A stretch of 64,000 nt of DNA from Azolla caroliniana (GCA_043228905.1 JBHGNT010000002.1:7006001-7070000); one strand, 5' to 3'; positions 21,517-37,300 are shown, counted from the stretch's first letter. Program-made: numbers and translations. Notes: generated by a model not told the origin, from the sequence alone.

Positions 21517-24500
21517 TGTTAAGAGTCTATTACTAATCAATAGACCAAACTAAAGTAAAGGAGGGAAAATATAATGGATAGAAGAATCCGTTCCACCCGA
21601 CCACCCCCGAGCTATGATCTAGACATAGCCAACCTACCACCGACGTCCCATACCACTAGATATTAGGATGACTAATACCTTGGAAGAGATCAACACGATC
21701 GTTAAGACGAAAGCCTAGCCCGCACCACCGGTGTCTAAGACAACAGCCTTTTGACGTAATGTGATTATGAGAGTAGCTAAGTGTCATATTTATACCTTTT
21801 CCTAGGCCCCTTGAATAGATGTGCCTTTCTAAAAGGCTCTCCATTCATTGGTTGTCCAAATCATGATAGTGCATGCACCTATCATTCCTTCCATCCAATC
21901 ATTAGTCCCCTTTTTAACATTACTCAATACACCCTTCACTAATGTAAATATTGGTGACCTACCCTCACCAACGTTATGTGTACATAACATACTCCCCTAC
22001 TTCAAAAGATTGCACTCTTGCAATATAAAGTGAGGAAATTCTGCCTTAAGAATATGCTTGCATTCCCATGTGGCATCATCAATAGGTTTATCCATCCATT
22101 TGAGCTTGAATAGCCGAATCTCTTTAGAACGTAAACGTTTAGTACGAGAATCAAGAATTCGTTCAGGAACATGAGGTTTGTTAGGAAAATCCTCTAATGT
22201 TACACGATCTTGGATTGTGATGGTGTTATCACCAGAGCCTAAAAATGGTTTTAGACGACTGGCGTGAAAAACAGGATGAATACCAACATTACGGGGTAAG
22301 GCAAGGTGATAAGCAGATGACCCAACCCGCTTAAGAATTTCAAATGGGCCACAATATCGTGGGGCTAACTTAGCGCACTTGCCTGTAGACAATGACGTAG
22401 AGTCAGTATGGACACGCAAAAAAACATTTTGACCAATAGTAAATGCACGAGATGTCTATTTTGATCAGCATAAAATCGAGCACGATCTTGAGCTGTCTTG
22501 ACATTCTCTTGGCAATATGCAACATTTGGTTCATGTCTTGCAAAAAATTGTGTATACTGTCTAATGTATCACGATGAATCGTGACATCAAATGGGGGCAC
22601 GTGGCTGAAAACCATACATCAACATAAAAGTACTATATCCACTGGATGTATGTTTAGAGCTATTATAGGCAAATTCTAAGATAGGAAGGTATTGCTCCCA
22701 CTTAGAAGGGGTTTTTGCTACATAAGCTCAAAGCATGTCCTCAATAATTTGATTAACTCGTTTAGTTTGTCCATCAGACTGAGGATGATCTGCGGAACTC
22801 ATGCTCAACGTAGTTTCTAGTTTCTTGAAGACTTGAGTCCAAAAGTCACTAGTAAACTTGGAATCTCGATCACTAACAATATCCATCGGTAATCCATAAA
22901 AACGAAATAACTCATCAACAAATTGATAAGTCAATTGTTGAGAAATTACCGTGGTTTTGGTAGGAATAAATCTAGCCAATTTTGTTAGTCTGTCAACGAC
23001 AACCCAAATGGCATCATGACCCTTCTGTGTACGAGGTAAACTAACAATAAAATCCATCGAGATACTTTCCCATTTGTTGTTGGGAATATCTAAGGGATGT
23101 AAAAGACCAGCAGCTTTAAGTCGTTCCAACTTATTAATTTGACATTGAAAGCATTGAGTTACGTATTTATGCACATCAGAGTGCATCTTAGGCCAGAAAA
23201 AAGCACTCCAGATGAGAACGAGTGTGCATTGTATTCCAGGATGGCCAGCAAATGGTGCATCATGACATTCATGAAGAATTTTCTGTTTTACATTTGGTAA
23301 ATCTGGAACATAGACCTTTCCACTACGGTAGAGCAAACCATTTGTAATGTGAAAGGTCCCCTTCGAGGGTAGGGTGCTAGTATCGGCATCTAAAACAAAT
23401 TCGGCTTTTGTCCAGTATTTCGAAAATTAACTGTCATCAAGGTATTTCCCTCAAAGGTGATCTAAAAGATCAGATTTTATTTCCGTGAAGCTAAGCATGT
23501 TAACTTCTTTAATGCTACTAAGACCATCCGCAACAGTGTTCATAGAACCCTTGCGATACCATATGTAAAAATCAAAATCTTGCATAAGGTCAGCCCAACG
23601 GCCTTTACGACCAACAAGATCTGGCTAGTCACAAAAATACTTCAATGATTGATGGTCTGTTGTAACCACAATTTTATTTCCATAGAGATAGTGCCTCCAT
23701 GTTTTAAGTGCATGTATTACCGCAAACAACTCTTTCTCTTGAACCGAATACTGAGATTGAGCAACGTCAAGCTCCTTACTTTCAAAAGCAATAGGGTGAC
23801 CGCCTTGATAAAGACGACACCAATAGTATACTCACTAGCATCGGTTTCGATTGAGAAAGGCTTAGAAGGGTCTGGTAATAGAAGAGTGGGAGCCAGACAC
23901 ACATGCTCTTTGAGTGTTTGAAATGATTTGTCAAGTTGTTCATTCCATGCAATTGGTTTGACAGACTTATGTGGATGACCTTTTAAAATGTCAGTTAATG
24001 GCGTAGTTAATTTGGAATAGTTACGAATTTATTTTCGTAAAAATCCAACAAACCCTAAGCATGATCGTAGTTCACGAATATTACGAGGAACGAGCCAAAG
24101 TTTAACCTTTTCAATATGAGAAGGTTCAATTTCAATACCATTTTCCGTAATTAAATGACCTAGGTACACAATAGATTTTTGGAAAAAATCACATTTTGAA
24201 TGTTTTGCATAGAAAGAGTTGTCACGCAACTTTTGCAAAACAAATCAAACATGTTGAACATGATCTTGCAAGCTACGACTATATATCAAAATATCATCCA
24301 AGAAGACGACAACAAAATCACCGAGTTGATCTCGGAAAACGTCATCCATCGCTTGTTGGAATGTGGCTGGAGCATTAGTCAACCCGAAAGGCATGACTAA
24401 AAACTCATAATGGCCATAGCGCATACGAAAAGCGGTTTTAGGAATATCATCCTCGGCAATGCGAATTTGATGATAACCTGTTCGCAAGTCAATTTTCGTA

Positions 24501-27500
24501 AAATATCGGGCCCTATGCAAACAATCAATCAAATCATCGGCATGAGGTAACGGATATGCATTTTTAATTGTCATTTTATTCAAACGGCGATAATTGATAC
24601 ACATTCACCATGAACCTTCCTTCTTCTTAACTAATAGAACTGGCGCACCCCAAGGTGATTTACTATACCTAATGTGACCCATAGTCAAGTATTCCTTAAA
24701 TTGTTTAGCAATCTCATCCTCTTCTAATCGACTAAGTCAGTAAGGTGGAATGCTCACAGGAGCAACACCGGGGATGAGTTTAATTTGATGGTCCACATTA
24801 CGTTTTGGTGGTAAAGTAAGCGGCAATTCATTAGGAAACACGTTTTGAAAATAATCTAAAATAGAGTCGAGTAATCATTGTTCATAATGTGGTAATGGTG
24901 TGGCGTCAATATTAAAATAATAAAATTGAAGCACAGGATCAATTACACACGAATAAATTAATGAACTTGAATACTCACTTAAAGATTTAGAAGACACAAG
25001 TGAACAAGAAGGAAGTTTTGAACATTGAATAAAATGTTTACAATTATTAAGTTCAATGTGATTGAGTGATTAACCCAATCAATGGAAAAAGAAGGGTTTT
25101 TATTAAAAAACCAAGCGTATCCTAAAATGACATCTGCGATTTGTAGTTTCATAACATGAAAGTCAAGCTTCTCCAAATAGGTATCTATTTGAATTGGCAA
25201 TTGACAAACAATGCCACTAATGTATTGAACACTTCCATTTGCCATGTGAACTTGATAGATATGACCACTTGCGTTTATGTGGAGTTCAATTTGTTGCACA
25301 AAGTGATCATTAAGAAAATTGTGAGAACTACCGGAATCAAACAAGAAATGTGCTTGTGTTCCATTGATATACCCGACTGCTCGGAGTAAATCATTAGGTC
25401 CAAGTAAATGTGAAGGAAAAGTGCATTCACATGAACTTAAGTGGTTGGTATGAACTTCAACAACATCAAAAGACTCACCTATGTGACTCGTAAATTTGTC
25501 TTGAGGGGTGTTCATTGACTTCCTCTCAAGACGACGACAAGTATCCTTTGTGTGGCTCCGCTTCTTGCAATATGCACAGAAGAGGTTAGGTTTCTTGGAG
25601 TCGCAGTCAAGAGTGTCATTGGATTGCTTACGTTTCCCAATGAACTTGACATTCGGAGTTTTGGCGAACTCAGGTTTATTGTGGTCTTTCTTGGAAGTCC
25701 TATGGTACTGAAGTACAATGTTAACGGCTTCCTCAAAAGTTGTGGGGTCCTTGTCATGGACAATCCAATGGTAATCCCCATTAGGAATACCATTCAAAAA
25801 GCAAGCAACAAACCATTTCTCACCCGTAAGTCCCGATTTTTGGATATGGGTCCGAGCATGATGCACATAGTCCTCGAGAGAGGTAAATGGCTTACTCAAC
25901 AATGTGAGCAAGTGTTGCACTTGTTCAGTTTGAGAAGGTGGCTGCAAAAACTATTTCTTAAAAACATCAACGAAACCTTCCCAAGTTGTGGGTAAGTTCT
26001 TTGCAGTCCTTAGACCGTGCCACCAAGCAACAACTTGGCCACCTAACTCACGACCAACGTAACCAATTTTTACAGCATCGGGCTTGGGGTGGAGCTCAAA
26101 GTGAGACTCCCAACGACCAAGCCAAGTGATAATGGCCTCCTTGGTTCTTTCTTTCTTATCTCCCTTAAATGGCGTTACTACAAAAGAAGGCTCACCTTCT
26201 TTCTTGGACTCAATAGTCAATTCTTGGAATTTCTTTCCCAATGCCATATTTGTCTGCCTCATTTCGGCCAATTGATTCAAGGTAGTAGTGAGCAATTGCT
26301 CAATAGTGATCTCAACTTGTGTGCGATATGTGGATTGAAGTTGAGAGGTCTTGGTCAGAGAGATTGCTCCAACAACGTTCAAAACTTGTTCCATCATGCA
26401 AGTTGTGGGTATTCAATATAGATAAGGAGGTTCAGAAAATACACAAGCAAAATGAATGCTTGAAATTTTGATTGTAAGAACTTTACCAAGAAAGCATCTC
26501 ACGTCTTTACCCCTCTAGACATGTGAGATGTGATTCGAGATGCGATAACTATGGTAACACTATGGTGTTTTAAAAACCATGGGGGAAAACATAGCTAAGA
26601 TGTCTTTCTCGGATCTCTATCTTGAATAATCATGGCGGCTCCCCGAGGCTCAACCATGGTTCTAACATCAACATAGTTTCCTAGTTAGCCTTATATTAGA
26701 ATGCCAACCCAACATGTATTGATATGGTCGAGAAAGTGTATTACGTGGAAAAACAAGTGCACTCGCAAGTAATATTCTAGTTTTGCGAGTAACAAGCAAA
26801 TGTTATGACAAAAACGATAAAATAAGGCACTACCCATAAGAATCAAGCAGTGACGAAAACAAGGGTAAAAAAACCCATGTGTTACCTACTAAAAAAAAAA
26901 TGTCACAAATAAATGGATAGTGCGAGGTATGCACATATACATCCCAATATGGTGGTTGTAATTTGCACAATTGTGACATAAACCACAAATTGACACAAGT
27001 GGCGGTGGTGTTTGTGCGCAAAGATGTGGAACTCAAATCTATGAGTAAAACATCAATAGGGGAACTCATGTGGTTTTACTCGAGTTCTAAGGCTCGATAA
27101 TATGAGTTAAACCTAGATGAGCCGTTGGAAAAAATCGTTCAAAAAACGGCATGATGCCCACTCAATATTAAAGAATAGTCTACATGAATCGTTACACCAT
27201 TAAACATACGTAAATAGTGTAGATGAACTTAAAATAAGGGCAAGATAGAGAGTTAATTGTGGGTGGGTAAATGACAATTACTAGAAAATCATACAAAAGT
27301 GAAACAAAAATTTGTGTAATTAGAAATTAATTAGAATAATAATCAATTAGATGTATGAATCATTAAGCATGACTTAAGGTATGAAACCCTAAGGTAGTCA
27401 ACATGCACCTCCTCAAGACCACCACATCTCCCTAGAATCAGTCAATTGATGGCTCAATAAAGAGTAAAGTGGCATAGGTAAGTGACATATACCTCGTTAA

Positions 27501-28555
27501 GGCCACAACATCTCGTAGAATCGGCCAAGTGATGGCTCAATAGAGAGTAGAGTGGCATAGGTAGGCGACATACACCTCGTCAAGACCATGACATCCCATA
27601 GAATCGGCCAAGTGATGGCTCAATAAAGGGAAGAGTGGCATACTCAACATCATATGCAAAAGGGCCATGAGGTGAGCGTGTGCGATTAGGGCAAACACGG
27701 TTGACCCGATACACAAGAATAATTATTATCGTAAGAGATGGCTCAAGAGAGGGGAGAGTGGGAGATACATCACAATATGCAAAAGGGCCATGAGTTGAGC
27801 ATGTGCGATTAGTGCAAACACGCTCGACCCGATGCATAAGTAGATTAACATCATATGATGGTAGAAAGAAGAAAGAAAAGAAAAGAAAACGTAATACCAC
27901 TTCCATATGACCAAGAAGAAAGCATCATAGAAAAGAAAAGAGAGATCGAGAAAGAAGAATACCAGGTTAAGAATGTTGTTTTGATCCTGTGAAGAGCATG
28001 ACAAGCCTTGTTAGATCCACATCGCTCACACGCAAAAAAGATCAAAACAACAAAAAAAAAATTAGTAAATGCTCTGATACCACTGTTAAGAATCGATTAC
28101 TAATCAATAGACCAAACTAAAGTAAAAGAAGGAAAATAGAATGGATAGAAGAACCCGTTCCACCCAACCACCCCCGAGCTATGATCTAGACATAGCCAAC
28201 CTACCACCGACGTCCCATACCACCGGATATTAGGATGACTAATACCTTGGAAGAGATCAACACGATCATCGAGAGGAAAGCCTAGCCCGCACCACCGGTG
28301 TCTAAGACAGCCGCCTTCCGACGTAATGTGATTATGAGGGTAGCTAAGCCTCTATTTATACCTTTTCCTAGGCCCCTTGAATAGATGTGCCTTTCTAAAA
28401 GGCTCTCCATTCATTGGTTGTCCAAATCATGATAGTGCATGCACCTATCATTCCTTCTATCCAATCATTAGTCCCCTTTTTAACATTACTCAATACACCC
28501 TTCACTAATGTAAATATTGGTGACCTACCCTCACCAACTTTATGTGTACATAACA
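21517..28555 (-). mobile_element. Element L: full-length degenerate tRNA-iMet chromovirus (Ty3/gypsy)
   Basis: LTRs 21517-21989 and 28084-28555, TSD GGCCC, PBS 28071-28082, PPT GAAGTAGGGGAGTA. Gag/protease 24979-26397 (CAYCKKRSHTKDTC, FDSGSS), RT 24245-24604, integrase 22728-23336, chromodomain 21997-22200. Leader of about 1.7 kb. Confidence 0.95.
27406..27845. repeat. Tandem repeats in the leader of L (three ~84-bp units overlapping two ~120-bp units)
   Basis: TAGAATCGGCCAAGTGATGGCTCAATA recurs three times with substitutions. ATATGCAAAAGGGCCATGAG...TGTGCGATTAG occurs twice. Confidence 0.75.
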
Positions 28556-31500
28556 GGCCCAACATCGTATTCAGGTGTTGACCGACCACAAGAATCTCAT
28601 CTACTTTACCACCACTTGTACGTTGAATCAGAGGAAAGCTTGCTGGTCATCTTTTCTCGCCGACTACGACTTCGAAATCTTGTTTTGACCCGACGTTCAA
28701 CATGGGAAAGTGGATGCTCTCTCTCGGCGACCTGACTTTGCGCCACACCCAAGTCACAACGCATATTCTCAACAACCGCATTGTTTATTGTAGCCCAATA
28801 AACTCCACATGTTCGCAACCTATATGTTGCATGATGATTCCTTGCTCAACGAGATCACCCAAGCAACCACGTCAGACCCTTTCGCTACTAATGTCAGAAC
28901 CAAGGATAAAAGATAGAGTGATGGAAGAAGGATATTAGAGAACACAAGAAGAAAGGAACCAAATACTAAGAGAAGAATGGATGTATAAGATAGAGAAAGA
29001 AAGAGAATGGATACAAGATATGTAATGAGAGCTAAAGACTGGTGTTGATTCGAATTGATTTGAGAATACATGTATGCCCTTATTTATAGGTTCCTATAGA
29101 ATAGCTTAGATATGTAATGAGAGCTAAAGACTGGTGTTGATTCGAATTGATTTGAGAATACATGTATGCCCTTATTTATAGGTTCCTATAGAACCAAGGA
29201 TAAAAGATAGAGTGATGGAAGAAGGATATTAGAGAACACATGAAGAAAGGAACCAAATACTAAGAGAAGAATGGATGTATAAGATAGAGAGAGAAAGAGA
29301 ATGGATACAAGATATGTAATGAGAGCTAAAGACTGGTGTTGATTAGAATTGATTTGAGAATACATGTATGACCTTATTTATAGGTTCCTATAGAATAGCT
29401 TAGAGATTTCTAGAATGTTCTAGACCTAGAATGCTCTAGGACATTCTAGAATAATCTAGAGTTTTTACAATAATCAATGTAATACAAAAAGTAGTGTTTA
29501 TTGTTTCATATAACAATAAGCTATCTTAATGGTTGAGGTTTTCAAGTATGGATTACAAGGTTCAAGTCTGGGTGATGCCATAATGGTCATGTGTTCATGA
29601 CACTATCCCTCCTTCGAGAATGCCGAGTGGAAGTCGACGTTAACATTGTTGGGTCGGGCTTGTTTGGATAGTGACGATGGAAGTCGTTGACCAGAGCTTC
29701 AGCATTACAAACGTTATCGATGGGTTCCCAAGTGCAATCACTTGGAGGATAGCCAAGCCAATCAACTAGATAATAAAGCTTATTGCGCACAATCTTAGAA
29801 TCGAGAATAGCAGCTACCTCGTATTTGGGGTCGTCCACAAGTTGTACAGAAGGTGGTGGTGGCACGACAGACACTATTAGGAATTAAAGAGGTGCGGCAA
29901 GGTTCCAAAAGAGAGCTATGAAAGACAGGGTGAAGCCGCATATGTGCAGGAAGGTTAAGACGAAATGTTGCATCATTAATCTGCGCCGTGATGACAAAAG
30001 GACCTAAGCGTTGATAGTCAAACTTAGCACACGGTCGGGTAGTCTTGATGTGACGACGAAGCAACCATACATGGTCACCAACCTTAAACGGAGACTTAAG
30101 ACGATGTCGATTGGCATTGGTCTTATGGTGTGCTTGCGCTTTCTGAAGATGTGACGATAACTCGAACTGGATTTGTTGTAGTCGGTGGAGGTGATGCGCC
30201 GCACTAGGGTTTCGTGACACCTCGGGAAGATCCAGTATACACCATCGAGGGTGGTTGCCGGTGTAGGCAAAGAAAGGTGTAACTTTGGTAGAAGAGTGGA
30301 CCGTGTTGTTGTATGCAAACTTGACAAGATGTAAAATATTACTCCAATCATCTTGTTGATAACTAATGAAACATTGAAGATATTGCTCGAGCGTTTGATT
30401 TGTGCGCTCTGTTTGTCCGTCAGTTTGTGGATGATAAGCCGAAGAGAGTTTGCAAGAGATTTTGAGGCCTGCCCATAGGTGCTTCCAAAAGTGTGAGATA
30501 AATTGAGGACCTCGATCCCTAATAATATCATTCGGGAGACCATGATGGCGAAACACTTCACGCATAATGAGATCTACAGTTTCTTCACTATTGATGGTCT
30601 TTACACATGGTACAAAATGTGTCATCTTGGTGAACCGATCCACTACTATTAAAATAGTATCAAAGCCTTTGGAAGGTGGTAGATCCGTAATGAAATCCAT
30701 AGAAATAGACTGCCATGGCTTGTTGGGAGGGGGTAATGGTTGTAGTATGCCATAAGGGTGATGCCGGGGTATTTTGGCACAACAGCAAGTGTCACAAGTG
30801 CAAACATAATCTTCGACAAAAATTTTGCAAGTGAGGCCACCAAAATGAACGTTTCACCAGCTCAATGGTCTTGGAAATACCAAAATGTCCAGCCATGGGG
30901 GCATCATGACAATGTTCCAACACTTGAAGTCGGAGTGATCCGTCGAGGACGTAAAGGAGATTCTTGTAGAAGAGTAAGCCATCTTTCCACTTGAAGTCCT
31001 GATAATGTTGAGATTACCCTGGCAATGTGGAGCAAGATGGACGACTTGAACCACAGTGGGCTAAGACATCCTTAGCAAAATCATCCGAATGAAGTTGTTG
31101 CCGAATAGTGTCAAGAAGGGTAGAATCAAGTGGCGTGGCATAAATTGTTGTTACCTGTAGCTTTGATGGCCCGAGGAGAGTTTGCTTTTGATTGTCAAAG
31201 GTCAGATCTCCAGGTCGAAGTGCTAGATACGAACGCCGAGACAAAGCATCCGCTTTCCCTTGTTGTTTTCCGGGGCGAAAAATGATCTTGAAATCGAAAC
31301 GCATTAGAAATTGGGCCCACCGAGCTTGTCGTCTATTTAATACTCGAGCTGTTTGAAAATTTGTGAGATTTTTGTGACCACTATAAATGATAATCTGATG
31401 AGGTGATCCTTCTAGAAAATTACGCCATTGCTTGAATGAGTCGACCACATCTAGTAACTCCTTGTCATGCACCTCATAGTTTATCTCCGAAACAGTAAAT

Positions 31501-33932
31501 TTTCTCGAGTGAAACGCAACTGGATGTGTCTGCCCGTCCTCGCCTTGTTGTGATAGGATACTCCCCAATGCAAAGTCTGATGCATCCGCCTCAATAGTAA
31601 ATGGCTTTTCAGGATCAATATGTGCTAGGATGGGTGCTGATGTGAATGCCTCTTTCAGCTGCGTAAAAGCCTTGTCCGCTTCGATACTCCAAAAAAATGC
31701 TTGATTTTTCTTGGTGAGTTGAGTAAGGGGCAACACAATGCTTGAATAATTATGTATGAATTTGCGATAGAAGTTCGCAAATCCGAGGAAACACTGGACA
31801 TCCCGAACTGAGCATGGGGGTTTCCATTCCAATATTGTTTGGACTTTTGCCGGGTCCATGAAAACACCCTGGGATGAAATAGTGTATCCCAAAAATTGGA
31901 CTTGTTTGCAATCAAAACTGCATTTCTCAAGTTTGGCATAAAGACCATACTTCCTTAGGCGTTCAAGTACTTGCCGCACATGTATATCATGCTCCCCCTG
32001 TGTTTTAGAGTAAATCAATAGATCATCTAGGTAGATGATTAGAAAAACATCCAAGAAATCCCGGAAGATGTCATTTGCCATATGTTGGAATACTGCAAGT
32101 GCATTTGTGAGCCTGAAAGGCATGACTGTATACTCGAAATGACCATACCGAGTACGAAATGTTGTTTTCCACTCATCTCCCGGCCGAATTCGAACAAGAT
32201 TATATGCACCCCTTAGATCAATTTTGGTAAAATGCTTTGCCCCACCAATGCGTTCTAAGAGATTGGAGATTAAAGGTAAAGCATACCTATTCCTTATGGT
32301 GACTTTATTTAAGCCTCAATAGTCCACGACCAAACGAAGGGAATCGTCCTTTTTCTTCACAAAAAAGATAGGAGCACCAGCTGGAGACTTTAAATGTCGA
32401 ATAAACCCATGTGCAAGATTTTCCTCGATGTATTCTCGAAGAATCTCAAGCTCAGTGGGTGATAAATTGTAAATCGGACCCCACGGTGGCTCTTTTCCTG
32501 GTTGGAGATCAATAGGACAGTCGTACGGCCGATGCTTTGGAAGAACACTAGCTTTGACTTTGTCGAAAACATCAGCATAGTCTTGATATTTTTTGGGAAT
32601 TTGGATGTCTGAATTCCCTTGAGTGACACTAGAAGGTGTCATTGATACTGCAAATAAGAAAAGGTCATCCTTGCCTCCCACTTGGTGCAATTGTTGCAAT
32701 GTGATGGCTGAAATTTGATGAGAAGGATATGGTGCATCGGTAGAACTATATACTTTAGGAGGATAATCCCGAGTTCGATCCTTGACAATGATATTTTCTA
32801 TTAAAGGGCACCTAATTTCTCGCTTCCTCCAATCAATTCTAGGGTTGTGTAGCTCGAACCATGGCAAACCGAGGACAATTGGATGCTCAGGACTACGGAT
32901 TATGTTAAAGGAAACTACACATCCTAAATCACCCAAGAGTATGTGTATTGGCTCAGACTCTTCAAATATCTTCCCGGAAGCTATGGGGCGTCCATCAATC
33001 ACTACTATGAAAACTGGACAAGGAAGTGTATGCAAGGATATTTGGTGTTTTTGGGCAAAATCTCTATCCATGAAACAAGAATTGGCTCCAGTATCTAAGA
33101 GGGCTTGGACTTGAAGTTGACAACTGGGTGTCCTAACTTGTACTAGGGCTCAGAAGACTCTACTAACATGCTTGGAAGAAATGGAACCCACACTAGGTTG
33201 TACATATCTAGGGTTGTCCAACCAAATGGCTCCTATTTTGGCCGGACTTATTTGTTTGACTCCTCTTCTAATTGGCTTAGGACTTCAAATTTATTGGACA
33301 AGGGTGGATTATTCATAATACTAGATTCACTAACTACTTCTAAAATGTTGGACTCATTTTTATTGTCATAGTGAATTTGATTTACCTAACATCTCGACCT
33401 ATGGGAGCAATGAATGGCTATATGTCCTGGACCTCCGCAATATAAGCACAGATGGTTTGCTCGATGACGTTGCTTCTCTTCGTCTGACAACAGTCCTCGT
33501 CGTTGAGTCATATCGATCTCCATGGGTTCAGGACTATCCATTGGGACTGGACTACGTGTTTGCCTTGGAGTTGGACCAGGGCTATACATTTGCCTTGGGG
33601 ATGATTGCACCGTTACTGATGCATAAGCTGGTGTGAATCTTGATCTTGTTATTTGTTGTTGTTGTCGGGAACTCAACGCTCCCTATACGCAATGCTCGGC
33701 CACAACCGAGCTTAGGATCATACACAGAAAACGGGAAATAAAACACGACAAGAAGAAGAGGGAGATACACAGGAGGTTTACGTGGAAAACCCCAAACTAG
33801 GGGAAAAACCATGGCAGCCCACAGGCTGCAAACTGTCACTATGTAAGAATATACAACTGTGAGTTCACTGAGGCACCGACCTCATGCTCACAGATCTTCG
33901 CCACAAGCGGCGGTTACAACAGAGGCAACGAC

Positions 33933-33969
<37 letters not shown>

Positions 33970-34389
33970 CAGTTACACACACTCACTCTTTTCTTGCACC
34001 AACAAGAAATGAACAACTACTACACCACTTATTTGCCCTAAGTCATATTTATACTAATATGACTTTTTGGCTATTTACAAATATAGCCTCGATGGGCTCT
34101 CAGAAACATATTTACGAATATGTCTCTTCCTCCGGTTCTCACCGGGTCTGTGTCATCTGGCTCTCCGTAGCCGGGTGCTCCTCATCCGGTTCTTCACCGG
34201 GTCTGTATCATCCGGCTCTCCGTAGCTGGGTACTCCTCATCCGGTTCATACCAGGTCTGCACCATCCGGCTCTCCGTAGCCGGGTACTCCTCATTCGGTT
34301 TCGGCCTCGGCCGAGTTTGTTCATTGGCATTGTTCTTCTCCCTTCCCATCCAGAGGGACTTGTCTCCCAACAAACTCCCCCTTCACTCC

Positions 34390-37300
34390 GGCATGGGGTG
34401 TCTTACCAGTCCAATTCTCTTCCGGCATGCATCCAGCTTGTCGGGTATCAGCACTTTGGTCAGCATATCTGACCCGTTCTCGGCCGTGTGGATCTTCATC
34501 AGCGCGAACTCCTGGTCATCTACTCTTTCCCGGATCTAGTGACACCTCCGCTGGATATGCTTCGTCCGGGAATGGTAGGCTGCATTCTTAGCAAGGTGGA
34601 TGGCACTTTGACTGTCGCAATAGAGTCGGTATTCATCTTGCCGGATACCGAGCTCTCCGATGAAGTCCTTCATCCATAATATTTCCTTGCCGGCTTCCAT
34701 AGCCGCCATGTACTCCGCCTCTGTGGTTGACAATGCAACCGTCTTCTGCAGCCTCGACTGCCATGAAACGGCTCCCCCTGCATATGTCATTACATACCCG
34801 GATGTAAACCGGCTGGTATCCACATCAGTCGACATGTCCGAATCGGTGAAACCGTCAAGTTGAGGTTTTCCGGAGCCGAATCGGAGACACATATTTGAAG
34901 TTCCCTTCAAATACCGGAGTATACATTTGACCGCGTTCCAGTGCTCCTTGCCGGGGTTGCTCATAAACCGGCTCACCACTCCGACTGTGTATCCAATGTC
35001 CGGTTGGGTACAAACCATTGCGTACATCAAGCTCCCGACGGCAGAGGCATATGGTATCTTCATCATATCCGCCTTCTCTGCTTTCGTCTTCAGGCTTTGC
35101 TTACCGGATAGCTTGCAGTTTGCCAGAAGTGTCGATCCGACCGGTTTCGCATCTGACATGTTGAACCGGTGAAGCACCTTTGTCACGTACTTCTCCTGTG
35201 ACAGCCATAATTGCTTCTTTGACCGGTCCCGAATGATGTGCATCCCCAGCATCTGTCTTGCCGGACCCAAGTCTTTCATTGAGAAGGTCCGGTTGAGAGC
35301 CTTCTTCAGCATCCGTATTTTTACTTGGTCTCGTCCGACGATGAACATGTCATCCACGTACAGGAGGAGTATCAAGAAGTCGCCTCCTTCGAACTTCTTC
35401 ACAAACACGCAGTGATCGGCCTGCGTCTTGTGGTACCCTTGATCGGTCATGAAGGAATCGAACTTCTGGTACCATTGTCGGGGAGCCTGCTTTAGTCCGT
35501 ACAGGCTCTTCTTCAGCCGGCATACCAGGTGCTCCTTCCCTTTCTCCACAAATCCTTCCGGTTGCTGCATGTAGATCTCCTCTTCGAGGTCGCCATGAAG
35601 GAATGTCGTCTTCACGTCCAGCTGCTCTACCTCAAGGTCCATGCTTGCCGCTATACTCAGCACCGTCCGGATGGAGGTCATCTTTACTACCGGGGAAAAT
35701 ATCTCGTCGAAGTCCACGCCCTTCTTCTGCTGGAACCCCTTCACCACAATCCTGGCTTTGTATCTCGGGGGGTTTCCGGCATCTCCCGGTTTCAACTTGT
35801 ACACCCACTTGTTTCGGAGTGCCCGCTTTCCTTTCGGCAACTCCACCAATTCGTACGTATGGTTCTCATGCAGGGAATCCATCTCGTCCTGCATAGCACT
35901 TAACCATTTTCGGTTGTGGGTGTCATCCTTCGCTTCTTTGAAGCTTTCCGGCTCCCCCTCATCGGTTAGCAAAACATGCTCTGCATCCGGAAATCTCCGG
36001 GGGGCCCTTCTCTCTCTGAGAGGATATCTCCGTCTTTGGGCTTCGGTAGCCGGCTCCTCCATTTGCTCTTCATCCGAATCCGATTCGGGGTCTAGGCCGG
36101 TTCCGGTCTCAGCTTCCTCTACTTCTTCTTCTGCCGGTTCGGTATCCTCACCGTACCCGGCTGGTTCTTCGAGTGCTAACCGGTCTCTCGCCAGTTGGGT
36201 CTGCTCATCGTAGAGTCGATCCTTGCCGGTCGACTCGGAGTTCATTATCTTCTTCTCCGACTCCCAGTCGGCGAGCGTCTTGTCCTCCATGAAGATAATA
36301 TCTCGACTCCGGAATACCTTCTTGTCGACCGGGTCCCACACTCGGTAGCTGAACTCCTCGTCACCGTAACCGAGGAATATGCATGGCCGGGTTTTTGCAT
36401 CTAACTTTCCTCTCCAATCCTTTGCTACATGCACGTACGCGAGACACCCGAACACCTTCAGATGCCGGTAGGAGACTTCCTTACCGGTCCATACTCTCTG
36501 TGGCGTGTCTCCATCCAAGGGTACTAAGGGTGATCTATTTATCACATATGTCGTCGTCGACAGTGCCTCAGCCCAAAACTTCTTGGGTAGTTTTGCATGC
36601 GCTAGCATACTCCGGACCCTCTCCATTATGGTCCGGTTCATCCTCTCGGCCAGTCCATTTAGTTCCGGCGTCTTCGGCACGGTAAATTCGAGCCGTATTC
36701 CCTTTGAGCGGCAGTACTCCTCGAACTGCCCCGGTACTCTCCTCCGTTATCTGCTCAGACCGCCTTCAACTTCCGGCCGGTTTCTCTTTCCACTCTCACG
36801 TGGAGCTCTTTGAAGACGGATAACACCTGATCCTTCGTCTTCAACGGTGTGGCCCACAGTTTCCGACTGTGGTCATCTATGAACGTCACGAAGTACTGCG
36901 CTCCGGCATGTGACTTCGTGTCTACTTCACACACATCCGTATGCACCAACTCCAGTGGTGCATTACGTCTCATCGGTGGCCTTGGTCGGAAGGAGGTCCA
37001 GTTCTGGTTACCGGCCAGACAATCAGTGCACTTCTCTAAGTGCATGTTCTTCACTGGAATGAGGTTGTCGTCTGCAAGCCTCTTCATCCCCTTCTCGCTC
37101 ATATGACACGGCCTCTTGTGCCACAGCTCACCGGCAGTGTCGGATGCCACGTTCACTTCTTCCGGGCATAACCGGGCATTCATCAGGTACAATGTGTTTA
37201 CCTTCCGGGCCCGAGCCACAATCAGGCTCCCTTTGCTGAACTTCATGACACCGTTCCGGATGCTACCCGTGTAGCCCTCATCATCTAGCGGACCGGCTGA

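Noticed and set aside
25948-25953. Programmed stop readthrough in gag of L
   Set aside because: The stop is mid-capsid in an element with many other lesions, so it is more likely a mutation.
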